From: an uncultured Gammaproteobacteria bacterium
GTDB lineage: Bacteria; Patescibacteriota; Patescibacteriia; UBA1558; 2-01-FULL-52-15
NCBI GenBank assembly: GCA_964540995.1
Contig: CAZIOU010000002.1
Location: 43,750 to 107,749 of the forward strand
DNA length: 64,000 nucleotides
Reading direction: 5' to 3'
Below, piece after piece: positions 39,381 through 48,923 of the stretch (positions within the stretch are counted from its first letter, which is position 1; the number at the start of each line of letters is the position of its first letter). The notes below the pieces were generated by a model. It did no database searches and was not told the origin of the DNA. It was given only the letters and a program-made list of their open reading frames with translations. Both the position numbers and the translations under genes were made by a program.

Positions 39381-40499
39381 CTAACTCCTAATCAACTTCA
39401 TCTGCTCTCCTAAAACCTGCAACACTTCTTTCTCTGCTTCTGGCAAAGGCAAGGCTAGCGGGAACTCTACGCCACGCTTGCTACCTTGTACTGGATAGCG
39501 AGCTAGCAACTTAGTGAGATCAATCGCTTCTCTGGCAGCGACATGTACCACCGTAGTGTCGAATTCACGCTGATAGAAAAGCACTGCAACTTGAGCTTCT
39601 GGACTGGTGAGGATCAAATCTTCACATAAATCAGACCAATTGACCGTGGTGCTGGCGATCTCATCGCGTGCTATGAAGGAATAGACGACGTCACCAGATT
39701 TCTTCAGACGAGACAAGAGCTTACCCCACAGCTTGAGGGTGGCAATATCACGAGTGCGATATAGCTTGAGCACTATATCATCGCGCTTAGCGCCAGCGAT
39801 CATCAGCTTGCTGGCTAATTGTAGCGTGTCAGGTGAGACGCGATTGGTCTGGAACGATTCCGTTGCTGCGATCAATCCGATAAGCAGCAGCTGTGCGCTG
39901 TCACTATCCAATTGTGTCTGCATCAGCTCATAACACATCTCCGTCAGAGAAGCAGCGGTGACATTAATCCAATTGAGCTGGCCATAACTACGATTATCGA
40001 GACGACGATCAATATTGATGATAGCTACTTTGGCTAACTGTTCCTGATACAAGGTATTGACCTGACCAGTACTAGCCAGATCACTAGCTCCGATCGTGAT
40101 CACGAGGTCATAAGGGAAATCAGTAGTAAGCGCTTCTACATCTTCCGGCTTAAGACTACCTTCTTTGGTCGCAAGATGTATCTCTAGATACTTATCTTTG
40201 ACCTGATACTTCAGCTCTGCCAATTTGGCTTGGTCAGTACGCACCCGCAAGACATAGTGATGTTGGCTGCGCTTATCAGAACTCGGTGTCTGAATATTCT
40301 CTGCTCCAGGTAGCCAGTGAAATTGCGACACAAGCTTATGATCGATGACTACTTCAACTTGTTTATCTTTCTTCTTGAGCCAACGATACCAAGCCAACAC
40401 TGAAGCAACCTCGTCGAAGCGAGCATCAGATCGTGTAGTTATCAAAATTGACCGACTGCGGTCAACAAGTGATGTAATCTGTTCCAATTCGCTAGTCAT
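39381..40499 (-). CDS. Degenerate DHH/NrnA-like protein (probably catalytically inactive)
   Basis: Same layout as NrnA (LKLWGKLLSRL) but DHH replaced by DRR, DxD and GGGH missing. Confidence 0.75.
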   Translation of the reverse strand: MTSELEQITSLVDRSRSILITTRSDARFDEVASVLAWYRWLKKKDKQVEVVIDHKLVSQFHWLPGAENIQTPSSDKRSQHHYVLRVRTDQAKLAELKYQVKDKYLEIHLATKEGSLKPEDVEALTTDFPYDLVITIGASDLASTGQVNTLYQEQLAKVAIINIDRRLDNRSYGQLNWINVTAASLTEMCYELMQTQLDSDSAQLLLIGLIAATESFQTNRVSPDTLQLASKLMIAGAKRDDIVLKLYRTRDIATLKLWGKLLSRLKKSGDVVYSFIARDEIASTTVNWSDLCEDLILTSPEAQVAVLFYQREFDTTVVHVAAREAIDLTKLLARYPVQGSKRGVEFPLALPLPEAEKEVLQVLGEQMKLIRS

Positions 40500-40695
40500 A
40501 AATCATATGAGCATACCTGTAGAATGACGCCCTGTCAATTCTGTCTTGTATTCCCCCCTAATAACTAGTAACAAATGACTACCGACTTCCTCTTCAACCA
40601 ATTGACAAACCCCCGAAAATCTAGTAATCTTGAGCAGATTCAACCCCATCTTCTGTCCTCTACCCCCTAATAAGCTACCACCTACAACCTACTCA

Positions 40696-42681
40696 ATGAA
40701 CGTCTCCGAACTCGCCCGCCAACTCAACGTCACCACCAAAGAACTCTTGGATAAACTTCCGGAGCTTGGTTTTTCTATCGGTGGACGAGCTATCAAAGTT
40801 GACGATCATCAAGTTGATAAAATTATTTCTGCCTGGAAGAAGAAAGCCAAACTTGAAGCTATCAATCGCGCTCATGAGCATGTGACTGAAGTTCGTTCTA
40901 AAGATACTGACACGGCTGTTAATAAGAAAAGTATCGCTATCGGGCCGACTATCGTCGTCAAAGAATTAGCCGATACCATGAAGCTTCCTCTAGCCAAAGT
41001 CATGGGTGAAATGATGCGCAACGGTATCATGGCTTCACTCAATGAACGCTTAGATTTCGAAACTGCCTCTATCATCGCTGAAGATCTCGGCTTCAAAGTA
41101 GAGAAACTTGGCACTGCCTCTGTCGATGAACACAGTAACAAACAACGAATCGAGTCTATGCTGGCCGATCGCGAACAGAAGGCCACTCGCGCCCCTGTCG
41201 TCGTTGTCATGGGTCATGTCGATCACGGCAAAACTAAATTACTCGACGCTATCCGTAAGACTAACCTGGTCGCTGGAGAAGCTGGTGGTATCACCCAACA
41301 CATCGGTGCTTATCAGACAGTCGTCAAGAAAGGCAAACAAGAACGCCTCATCACCTTCCTCGATACTCCTGGACATGAAGCTTTCAAAACTATGCGTTCA
41401 CGTGGCGGTCAGATCGCTGACGTCGCTATCTTGGTCGTGGCAGCTGATGACGGACTCAAGCCACAAACTCTAGAAAGTTTATCTATTATTCAGAAAGAAA
41501 ATTTACCCTTCATTGTTGCTATCAATAAAATCGACAAAGCTGGTGCCGATGTCGAACGCGTAAAGAAAGAATTATCCGAAATTAATCTCGTGCCTGAAGA
41601 CTGGGGTGGCAAAACTATTTGTGTCCCGATCTCCGCTCTCAAAGGTGAAGGTCTCGATGATGTCCTCGATATGGTTCTGCTGGTTGCTGATATCAATGAA
41701 CTGAAAGCTGATGAAACCGGTCCAGCTGTCGGTACTGTCATCGAGTCACACATGGACCAACACGAAGGTCCAGTCGCCACCGTCCTGATCCAAGCTGGTA
41801 CGCTCAATGTCAATGACCTCGTCACCGTCGGCTCTGTCCCAGGTAAAGTCAAATCGATGAAGTCTTGGAAAGGCGAGACCATCACCAGTGCTACTCCCAG
41901 CACACCGGTGAAACTTCTCGGCCTCAAAGCAGTACCGCAATCAGGTGATATCCTCAAAACTGCTGATAAAGAAACTTTCAAGAAGTCCCTCAAACATTTA
42001 CCGCAAGAACGTGGCGCCATGAAGCCAGCTATCCATACTGCTAGCGCCAGCGATGATAGTGAAGCTGATATCCCAACTATTAATCTCGTTATCAAAGCTG
42101 ACGTCCTCGGATCTCTAGAAGCGATCGACAACTCTCTCAATCGTCTCAATACTCGAGCCTCCCGCGTCAAAATTATCCGAAAGGGTTTGGGCTTCGTTTC
42201 TGATGGCGACATTCAAGCCGCCGAGACAGCCAACGGATTACTGATTGCTTTCCACTTACGAACTGACCGTCAAATCGAGCAGAAAATTGCCGACAAGCGT
42301 ATTGATTTCGCTAGCTATGACATCATCTATAAGTTGATCGAAGATATTCAAGAGCGATTGAAGAAATTGGAGCAACCCAATATTGTCCGCACCCTGATCG
42401 GTTCGCTCAAAGTATTGGCTATTTTCAAAACTAAGAAACGCGAAACCATTCTGGGCGGTAAAGTACTTGATGGTATCGTCGTTAACCCGTGCAAAGTCAA
42501 AGTACTGCGTAATAACAACATTATTACCTACGGTGACTTGAGCGATCTGGAAGCCAATCGTGAGAAGATGCGCGAAGTAGCCGCTGGTAATGAATGTGGT
42601 TTGAAATTTACTGGTGAGGCGGTCCTCGAAGTCGGTGATATTTTAGAATTTTTCACTGAAGGCGATGTCCCAAAGAACTGA
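40696..42681 (+). CDS. infB: Translation initiation factor IF-2
   Basis: MGHVDHGKT, GGITQHIGAY, DTPGHEAF, NKID, KADVLGSLEA; start MNVSELARQL. Confidence 0.98.
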   Translation: MNVSELARQLNVTTKELLDKLPELGFSIGGRAIKVDDHQVDKIISAWKKKAKLEAINRAHEHVTEVRSKDTDTAVNKKSIAIGPTIVVKELADTMKLPLAKVMGEMMRNGIMASLNERLDFETASIIAEDLGFKVEKLGTASVDEHSNKQRIESMLADREQKATRAPVVVVMGHVDHGKTKLLDAIRKTNLVAGEAGGITQHIGAYQTVVKKGKQERLITFLDTPGHEAFKTMRSRGGQIADVAILVVAADDGLKPQTLESLSIIQKENLPFIVAINKIDKAGADVERVKKELSEINLVPEDWGGKTICVPISALKGEGLDDVLDMVLLVADINELKADETGPAVGTVIESHMDQHEGPVATVLIQAGTLNVNDLVTVGSVPGKVKSMKSWKGETITSATPSTPVKLLGLKAVPQSGDILKTADKETFKKSLKHLPQERGAMKPAIHTASASDDSEADIPTINLVIKADVLGSLEAIDNSLNRLNTRASRVKIIRKGLGFVSDGDIQAAETANGLLIAFHLRTDRQIEQKIADKRIDFASYDIIYKLIEDIQERLKKLEQPNIVRTLIGSLKVLAIFKTKKRETILGGKVLDGIVVNPCKVKVLRNNNIITYGDLSDLEANREKMREVAAGNECGLKFTGEAVLEVGDILEFFTEGDVPKN

Positions 42682-43009
42682 ACAAGTCGGCGCCTTGATG
42701 ACACATCATATTAATGAGGTGTTGATCCGCGACTTCGAACCACCTATTGGCTGCATGATAACTATCTCGCATGTCGAGCCAGCACCAGATCTGAAAACAG
42801 CCAAAGTCTTCGTCTCGGTCCTACCGGAGAAAATGTCCGGCACCGGTCTCCAAGCACTTCGTAAGCAAGCTGGTCACATCCAAGGTGTCATCAATAAAAA
42901 GTTGAGCATGAGATTCGTACCGCGTATCACCTGGGTCTACGATGAAACCAATCTCAAACTAGATCGCATCGACCGCGCCCTCAATAATGTCGACGAGCCA
43001 CTAAAATAA
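42665..43009 (+). CDS. rbfA: Ribosome-binding factor A
   Basis: PDLKTAKVFVS, MRFVPRITWVYD; follows infB. Confidence 0.92.
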   Translation: MSQRTEQVGALMTHHINEVLIRDFEPPIGCMITISHVEPAPDLKTAKVFVSVLPEKMSGTGLQALRKQAGHIQGVINKKLSMRFVPRITWVYDETNLKLDRIDRALNNVDEPLK

Positions 43010-43020
43010 TTCCTATTAGA

Positions 43021-43048
43021 AGAACCGTTATGACAACATAACGGTTCT
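43021..43048. terminator. Bidirectional terminator
   Basis: AGAACCGTTATG-ACAA-CATAACGGTTCT. Confidence 0.8.
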
Positions 43049-43061
43049 TTGTTTCCTGTGA

Positions 43062-43433
43062 TCAGGCGGTGAGACAGATTGCTACTGCCTGGTCTTGTGT
43101 CTGGCAATAAGAGAACATATCGCTCTTGCCCATGCCTTGCAGCATCATTTCAATATGCGGCGCTGCCTGACAAAGGACAAACTTCTTACCTCGTTTCTTG
43201 ACAAACCAAGCCAAGAGAAGACTGATCGCGACAGTAACCAGATCGATCCTATCCACATACTGAAGATCGACTATGACCGATGGTAGATCAGCCAGAATGA
43301 TCATATTATCCAGACCATTAAGCTGATCGCTTACCCTGCGTTGTGTGGCTTCAGCGGTTTCTTCTTCCCTTGCCAGCACTTCCTGCAAATGAACTACCAG
43401 AATCCTGCCATCTTTGAGCAGATCGATACTCAT
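43062..43433 (-). CDS. STAS domain protein (anti-sigma antagonist-like, degenerate)
   Basis: VIVDLQYVDRID, GKKFVLC...IEMMLQGMG; own promoter TTGACA-17-TACTTT. Confidence 0.75.
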   Translation of the reverse strand: MSIDLLKDGRILVVHLQEVLAREEETAEATQRRVSDQLNGLDNMIILADLPSVIVDLQYVDRIDLVTVAISLLLAWFVKKRGKKFVLCQAAPHIEMMLQGMGKSDMFSYCQTQDQAVAICLTA

Positions 43434-43670
43434 GACAACCTCTTGTGAAGGAACTAGGCTAACCAAGTGGGCTGCTGAAAGTACGCCAATTCCTACCTCT
43501 TGTCAAGACAATCACAAGGACTTTACCTTTTCGGGGACTGGGGTTAGTATGGTGGTAGGTTCACCAACCCACTGTTAGTCGAAATATTTCTTTTCTTTTC
43601 TCGGGCTGGTGCCCGAGTGTTTACAAAAATTTTCAATTTCTTTTTCTTTCTAAATATTGAACCACTGGAT

Positions 43671-46376
43671 ATGGTGATGGGTAGCGTAGATAAACAGATA
43701 GGTATATCTGATGAGGCAATTTGCAAATTGATTAGTAATTTTGATCGTGACGGCGATCGAGGGTTTGTCGCACAAAATGTTTTAGATAAATTGAGAACCT
43801 TTGTTGAGGCTGTAACCGTAAAAGCTTGCGGAGAAAATGATTATAGTTACGAAGTTTTTACGAGTAAGGCCAAGCCCTATGCTTCATCCAGGACAGATTT
43901 GAGATTTCTAATAAAATTCCATAAGTTTCTTCAGCGATCTGTTTCCCATTACCTTCCAGACGAAGAAACTTCTGAAAGGTTAATGTTGAAGTATTATGAA
44001 TACCTCTTCAAAATAAAAGTATTTTTGGATAGTAAATACGGAATCGAGGTTCTAAAAAATATAAATGAGTTCCCTATTAACACCGATCCCGCTCTAAAGG
44101 AATATCATGAAAAAATTGCTGAAAAGATAAGTAAGCCTACGTCAAATAGAACGGCTATTACTTACGATGATAGATATTATATAAAAAAAGTAAAACCATT
44201 CTTTGTAAACAACGTAGTTTATTATGAGGTTACTTTCACGACAGCTATTGATAATGTCAGCAAGTTCGAAAGGGTAATCGCTTTTACAAAATTAGATATT
44301 TCGCAAAACTATGCTGTAAAGCTTTTAGTGAGCAATGATGTCATAGAAGTTTTGGGGAAGAAGATGCCAATTCAAATCATTGATGATTGGCAAGTATCAA
44401 TCAGGCCATGTGAATTAAACCATTTCGCAGATATTTTTGGTAAACATTCAAGTATTTCAGCTGGTCTTGTAGAGTCTCGTAGATTAATGACCCTTTTAAC
44501 AAAGACGGGGCTTAATTTAGTTGAAATTGTAGAGCTACCAGATGATATTTATTTACGTTATAAGGTGGCGGTTACGAACAGGGCTAAAACTTCGCATTTT
44601 TTCGACATCTTAGATAAATGCCGTGAAGTGATTAAAAGTGACTCCCCTGGGAGGAATGTATTAAGGTACTTGTTGTATGCGCTCTGCAACAAAATTCTTA
44701 AATTCCAGTATAGCAACGAGGCTTGCAGTAAGTTGTCAAATCTATATCTTGCTTGGGGTTGTATCCCATTTGATGATATGCCCTTTAACACATCGATCAT
44801 TGAGCATAATCCAAAATTTCATGATGTAATTGATTGTATTGACCCAACAAATCGCGAGCACGAATTGTTTGCAAGATTGATAAAAAATAATACGGAGCAA
44901 AAGGGGCAGTTATATACTCCGGAAAATTCTATAATAGGCATCACAAATATCGACGGCCTAATCTCGGCTTATAATGCGAAATTATACTATAAGCACATTA
45001 ATCGAAAAATTGAGAAATACAAAAGCAATATTTACATTAAGGGTTATGAAGAAGATGCGCTACACATCATAGAGAAACTAATTCGCTTTGCTCGATCTGG
45101 AATAAAGAATTATTCCAATTCGGTGGATGCATGGCTTCAAATATCCGGTAACGGTGGTGACAGCGAAGAAAAAAAGATAATTCTTAAACAGATTTTTGAA
45201 AAATCTCGCGTTGCCATGATATATGGATCTGCAGGAACTGGTAAAACCACGCTCATTAATCACATTTCCACATTTTTTAAGGACTATAAGAAGCTTTATT
45301 TGGCTAATACTAACCCAGCAGTAAATAACCTAGAAAGAAGGGTCGATGTGGGAAATGCCACATTCAAGACAGTTGCTAAATTCTTACACGAAAAGGATGC
45401 TGAGACTGATTGTGACTTGCTGGTCATTGATGAATGTAGCACCGTTAGCAACTCGGACATGCTGGGAATTTTAAATAAAGCTTCATTCAGGTTGCTTGTG
45501 CTGGTTGGAGATGTTTTTCAAATAGAATCAATACTTTTTGGGAACTGGTTTAACATCGCGAGATCATTTCTCCCAGAAACTTCAGTATCCGAACTGAAAG
45601 ATCCATATCGTACTAATAACGAAAAACTTCTTACTTTTTGGGGAAAGGTTAGAAATATTGAAGACGATATTTTAGAGCACATCACGAAAAATCAATATTC
45701 TACGGCTTTAAATGAAACAATATTTGAACAATCGGAGGACGATGAAATTATTTTATGTCTAAACTATGACGGTTTGTATGGAATAAATAACATCAATAGG
45801 TTTCTTCAAAGTAACAACCCAAACCAGCCCAAATATTGGGGCATACATACTTACAAAGTAAATGACCCGGTATTATTCAACGAATCTGGTAGGTTCAAAC
45901 CGTTAATTCATAACAACCTCAAAGGAGTAATTGTTGGCATTGAAATCTTTAATGATAGGGTGCAATTTGATATTGCAATTGATATGTCAATCAATGAATT
46001 AGACGTCTCTAATTACGAACTAGAGTTGTTGGGAGAATCCGAAGTTGGTAAGTCGGTGATAAGATTTTCTGTTAATAAACTTCAGAGTACTGATGAAGAT
46101 GATGATGTTTCAAGTTCCGTCGTGCCTTTCCAAATTGCATATGCAGTATCAATGCATAAAGCCCAGGGTCTTGAGTACGACTCTGTTAAAGTTGTGATCA
46201 CAAACGAAACCGAAGAGATGATTACACACAACATCCTCTATACTGCAATTACTCGAGCCAAAGAAAAGTTAAAAATATTCTGGTCGCCAGAAGTGGAAAA
46301 GAAGATATTAAGTAATCTAGAAAAGAAGTTTAATAATAGAGACGTGTCCCTATTAAAAGCTAAATATAATGTATAA
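43671..46376 (+). CDS. RecD-like SF1 helicase with large uncharacterised N-terminal region (cassette-borne)
   Basis: GSAGTGKT, LVIDECS, LVGDVFQI, AYAVSMHKAQGLEYD, LYTAITRAK; start could be 43617, 43671 or 43677. Confidence 0.88.
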   Translation: MVMGSVDKQIGISDEAICKLISNFDRDGDRGFVAQNVLDKLRTFVEAVTVKACGENDYSYEVFTSKAKPYASSRTDLRFLIKFHKFLQRSVSHYLPDEETSERLMLKYYEYLFKIKVFLDSKYGIEVLKNINEFPINTDPALKEYHEKIAEKISKPTSNRTAITYDDRYYIKKVKPFFVNNVVYYEVTFTTAIDNVSKFERVIAFTKLDISQNYAVKLLVSNDVIEVLGKKMPIQIIDDWQVSIRPCELNHFADIFGKHSSISAGLVESRRLMTLLTKTGLNLVEIVELPDDIYLRYKVAVTNRAKTSHFFDILDKCREVIKSDSPGRNVLRYLLYALCNKILKFQYSNEACSKLSNLYLAWGCIPFDDMPFNTSIIEHNPKFHDVIDCIDPTNREHELFARLIKNNTEQKGQLYTPENSIIGITNIDGLISAYNAKLYYKHINRKIEKYKSNIYIKGYEEDALHIIEKLIRFARSGIKNYSNSVDAWLQISGNGGDSEEKKIILKQIFEKSRVAMIYGSAGTGKTTLINHISTFFKDYKKLYLANTNPAVNNLERRVDVGNATFKTVAKFLHEKDAETDCDLLVIDECSTVSNSDMLGILNKASFRLLVLVGDVFQIESILFGNWFNIARSFLPETSVSELKDPYRTNNEKLLTFWGKVRNIEDDILEHITKNQYSTALNETIFEQSEDDEIILCLNYDGLYGINNINRFLQSNNPNQPKYWGIHTYKVNDPVLFNESGRFKPLIHNNLKGVIVGIEIFNDRVQFDIAIDMSINELDVSNYELELLGESEVGKSVIRFSVNKLQSTDEDDDVSSSVVPFQIAYAVSMHKAQGLEYDSVKVVITNETEEMITHNILYTAITRAKEKLKIFWSPEVEKKILSNLEKKFNNRDVSLLKAKYNV

Positions 46377-46440
46377 AAAGAAATTGGAAAATTTTTGTAA
46401 CCGGTCCCGCTGCGGCGGGACAAAAGAAAAGAAACACATC

Positions 46441-46565
46441 GACTAACAGCGCGTATCTGGCTCCGGCTTGCTCCGTTCCTCCGCAAGCCTCCGCGTATAT
46501 TGCGCGGGTGTCCGCTTCGCGATATTATACACCCGCGCAACATCAGATACGCGCAAACGTTAGGT
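46441..46565 (+). other. attC-like recombination site
   Basis: R'' GACTAAC, arm GCGCGTATCTG pairing with CAGATACGCGC, R' GTTAGGT; two internal hairpins. Confidence 0.78.
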
Positions 46566-46591
46566 GAAATCACTCGCATATAACTAGTCTT

Positions 46592-47281
46592 ATGCCTAAA
46601 GAAAAAGTCGAAAAAACTCAAATATCTGACGATGAAGTTCGGTGGATAATGCTCCAATTTTTTTACGATAGAAATAAAAACGCTACCAGCCGCATCGGCA
46701 AAAAAGGATCGGCTGCCAAAATCAGTGACATACGAGCAGCACTAAAGAGCTCTCATGGATTAAAGAGCCAGGATGTCCAAAGTAATTTAACTTATCTGCT
46801 AAGTCAAAAATGGGTTGAAGAGATTACAATAAGTAAAAATTTCACAACCAAATCAGGCGTCGCCATACCCTCCAATACAAACTACTACATTATCAGTGCC
46901 GTTGGGATGGATAAAATTAGCGGGCCAAGTGAATTCACCAGAGACCGGTTCGAGGGTATAAAGATTGAAGCCACAGGACAAAACATCATCACTGTTGGAG
47001 ACGGAAATCAAGTAAACGCTGTGTTTGGAGAATTAAGTGAGGCTTTAGGCAAACTACGCCATGAAATAACAAAAGCAACGCCTTTGTCAGAATCTGATAA
47101 GTTGGAGGCTGTATCAGATATTGATACTATACAAGCGCAGCTCTCAAAATCACAACCGGACAAAACAATTATTGAAAGGGCGTGGGATAACATTAACAGA
47201 TTAGCCTCTGTGGTTCAGCTTGCCGATGCGGCTAAAAAAATCATTCCTATAATAGCAGCCCATCTCACCAAGTTACATTAA
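46592..47281 (+). CDS. Hypothetical protein, probable N-terminal winged-helix and helical C-terminus (cassette-borne)
   Basis: Starts 26 nt after R'; 'VQSNLTYLLSQKWV...YYIISAVG' wHTH-like pattern. Confidence 0.7.
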   Translation: MPKEKVEKTQISDDEVRWIMLQFFYDRNKNATSRIGKKGSAAKISDIRAALKSSHGLKSQDVQSNLTYLLSQKWVEEITISKNFTTKSGVAIPSNTNYYIISAVGMDKISGPSEFTRDRFEGIKIEATGQNIITVGDGNQVNAVFGELSEALGKLRHEITKATPLSESDKLEAVSDIDTIQAQLSKSQPDKTIIERAWDNINRLASVVQLADAAKKIIPIIAAHLTKLH

Positions 47282-47339
47282 AGTATGTTCGCGACATCAC
47301 ATAACACCAGATATCCGATTCGCGAGCGAGATAATATTT

Positions 47340-47960
47340 ATGAAAAATAAATCAAAAAATTTATACCTTATACCTCAAATACCCGACGGGCAAAATATCA
47401 TTGGCCGTTTACTTGTAAGTATGTTTGGTGGCTTCGATGAAGTATTGGGCAAGGATGGACGAATATACTATATACTACTCTGTAGGTTGATAAACAAGGC
47501 GATATATGAGTACAGTATGGTCAATGAGTATTGTATTAAAGAAAGCACACCATCAGATGAAATATTTAGTCACAAAATTATTGATCATCTCGAAAACTGC
47601 GTTAATGCTGTACATCGGGCTAATTTACTAGCTATTGATATGGTAAATAGGAATAAATTACCGTCTAGTATCAATAAGAATCTTTTACTCCAAATCAAAA
47701 GAAAGTTAGCGAGTATCAAAGTTAAGGAAATTAGACATCGAATTGAGCACATGAATGAGGATCTCGCAAACATTGGAAAATACCCATTGAAAGGATCGCA
47801 TTCTGTGTATTTTGATGAGAAGAAAACTAGCCTTGTTATTAATAAACGTAAATTAACCCTCTCTGATTTAGCAAAGAATATTGACCTACTTCAAGGTTTT
47901 GTTGATCATATCAACATCTCCTTACCCAATAAAAGAACGGGAAATAAGTTCTATTATTAA
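47340..47960 (+). CDS. Hypothetical protein, possible HEPN-family RNase
   Basis: Helical, DHLENCVNAVHRA and IRHRIEH (R-x4-H); AT-rich. Confidence 0.6.
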   Translation: MKNKSKNLYLIPQIPDGQNIIGRLLVSMFGGFDEVLGKDGRIYYILLCRLINKAIYEYSMVNEYCIKESTPSDEIFSHKIIDHLENCVNAVHRANLLAIDMVNRNKLPSSINKNLLLQIKRKLASIKVKEIRHRIEHMNEDLANIGKYPLKGSHSVYFDEKKTSLVINKRKLTLSDLAKNIDLLQGFVDHINISLPNKRTGNKFYY

Positions 47961-48020
47961 AAATTTATATTATCTCGCTCGCTCATCTACATCCATCCCC
48001 TTCTCGCACGATGTTGGCCT

Positions 48021-48050
48021 TCACCCTTCGCTAAAGCTTCGGGTGACAAG
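48021..48050 (-). repeat. 30-nt palindromic element (CYTG family)
   Basis: Reverse strand CTTG-TCACCC-GAAGC-TTTA-GCGAA-GGGTGA. Confidence 0.8.
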
Positions 48051-48116
48051 TACGGGACTTCTCATATCCTGGCCAGTTGTGCAAAATCGCGCTTATATAT
48101 TAGTAATAAAATTTTT

Positions 48117-48371
48117 ATGGAAAACCGAAAATCAAAGTGGGATTTGCTGAGTGATGACAGAAAAAAGGAGTGTATTGCCGAAATCGTCGCCTTCTTTCAA
48201 AATAACCGCAATGAAACCATTGGAGTTATTGCCGCTCAAGAAGTATTTGATTTCTTCATGGAGGAAGTAGCTGAAGACATTTATAACAAAGCTATTGATG
48301 ATGCTAAGACAGCAGTAAAATTGAATTTTGAAAATCTTGAAGTTGATCTAGATTTGCTATTTAATAAGTGA
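48117..48371 (+). CDS. DUF2164 family protein
   Basis: FFQNNRNETIGVIAAQEVFDFF...IYNKAIDDA. Confidence 0.8.
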   Translation: MENRKSKWDLLSDDRKKECIAEIVAFFQNNRNETIGVIAAQEVFDFFMEEVAEDIYNKAIDDAKTAVKLNFENLEVDLDLLFNK

Positions 48372-48428
48372 GTCAAAGTTCTATAGAAAAAGCCACCGAA
48401 ATATCGGTGGCTTGTGCCTGTCAAAACT

Positions 48429-48782
48429 CTATGTCAGTAACGATCGTCCCTCTTTCAAGGCGTCATCTTCTGCGTCAAAGATGAAGAGATCTTTCTCCAT
48501 TCGTACATGACGATAGAGCCGACGTAATTCTTCAGACATACAACACAGCAGCAACTTAGCCTTTCGTGTAAGATGACTCCTGTGAGCATGAACGAGAGCT
48601 ACGGCACCGTCCGCAGAAACGAATGTCAGTCCACGTAGATTCACTACCACCGGTGGTACTGGCTTAAGCTCATATATTGAGTGTAGCCTCTGACCCAAAG
48701 CAATGGTGGTAAATGTATCCCAAGCAGTTTCAGTAAAATAAAGAACTACTACTCCTTCTCGATCGATCTGCTCTACGGCCAT
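48429..48782 (-). CDS. STAS domain protein
   Basis: VVVNLRGLTFVSADGAVALV, LLLCC...LRRLY; promoter TTGACA-17-TACTTT, SD AAGGAG. Confidence 0.8.
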   Translation of the reverse strand: MAVEQIDREGVVVLYFTETAWDTFTTIALGQRLHSIYELKPVPPVVVNLRGLTFVSADGAVALVHAHRSHLTRKAKLLLCCMSEELRRLYRHVRMEKDLFIFDAEDDALKEGRSLLT

Positions 48783-48923
48783 TTGAGGCTCCTTGTCGCG
48801 AGAGGTGTAAAGAAAAAGTAATCTCAGACCAAAGTACACCACTCAAGTATAGCTGTCAATCAAAAAAATGCACCCGCCGGGAAACCCAGCGGGTGCTTAG
48901 TGATTTACACGACAATCGACCGA

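Larger units (their letters stand above)
43574..48371 (+). mobile_element. Integron-like gene cassette array without integrase (CALIN-like)
   Basis: Core site GTTAGTCGA (43574) is the reverse complement of TCGACTAAC (46439); full attC-like hairpin 46441-46565; partial sites at about 47297 and 48057-48082; AT-rich genes all on one strand. Confidence 0.72.

Noticed and set aside
41490-42212. 240-aa antisense ORF and other short ORFs overlapping known genes
   Set aside because: Shadow frames of well-supported genes such as infB, HU, clpP and the giant protein
46238-46657. 139-aa minus-strand ORF
   Set aside because: Spans the attC-like hairpin and overlaps two plus-strand genes
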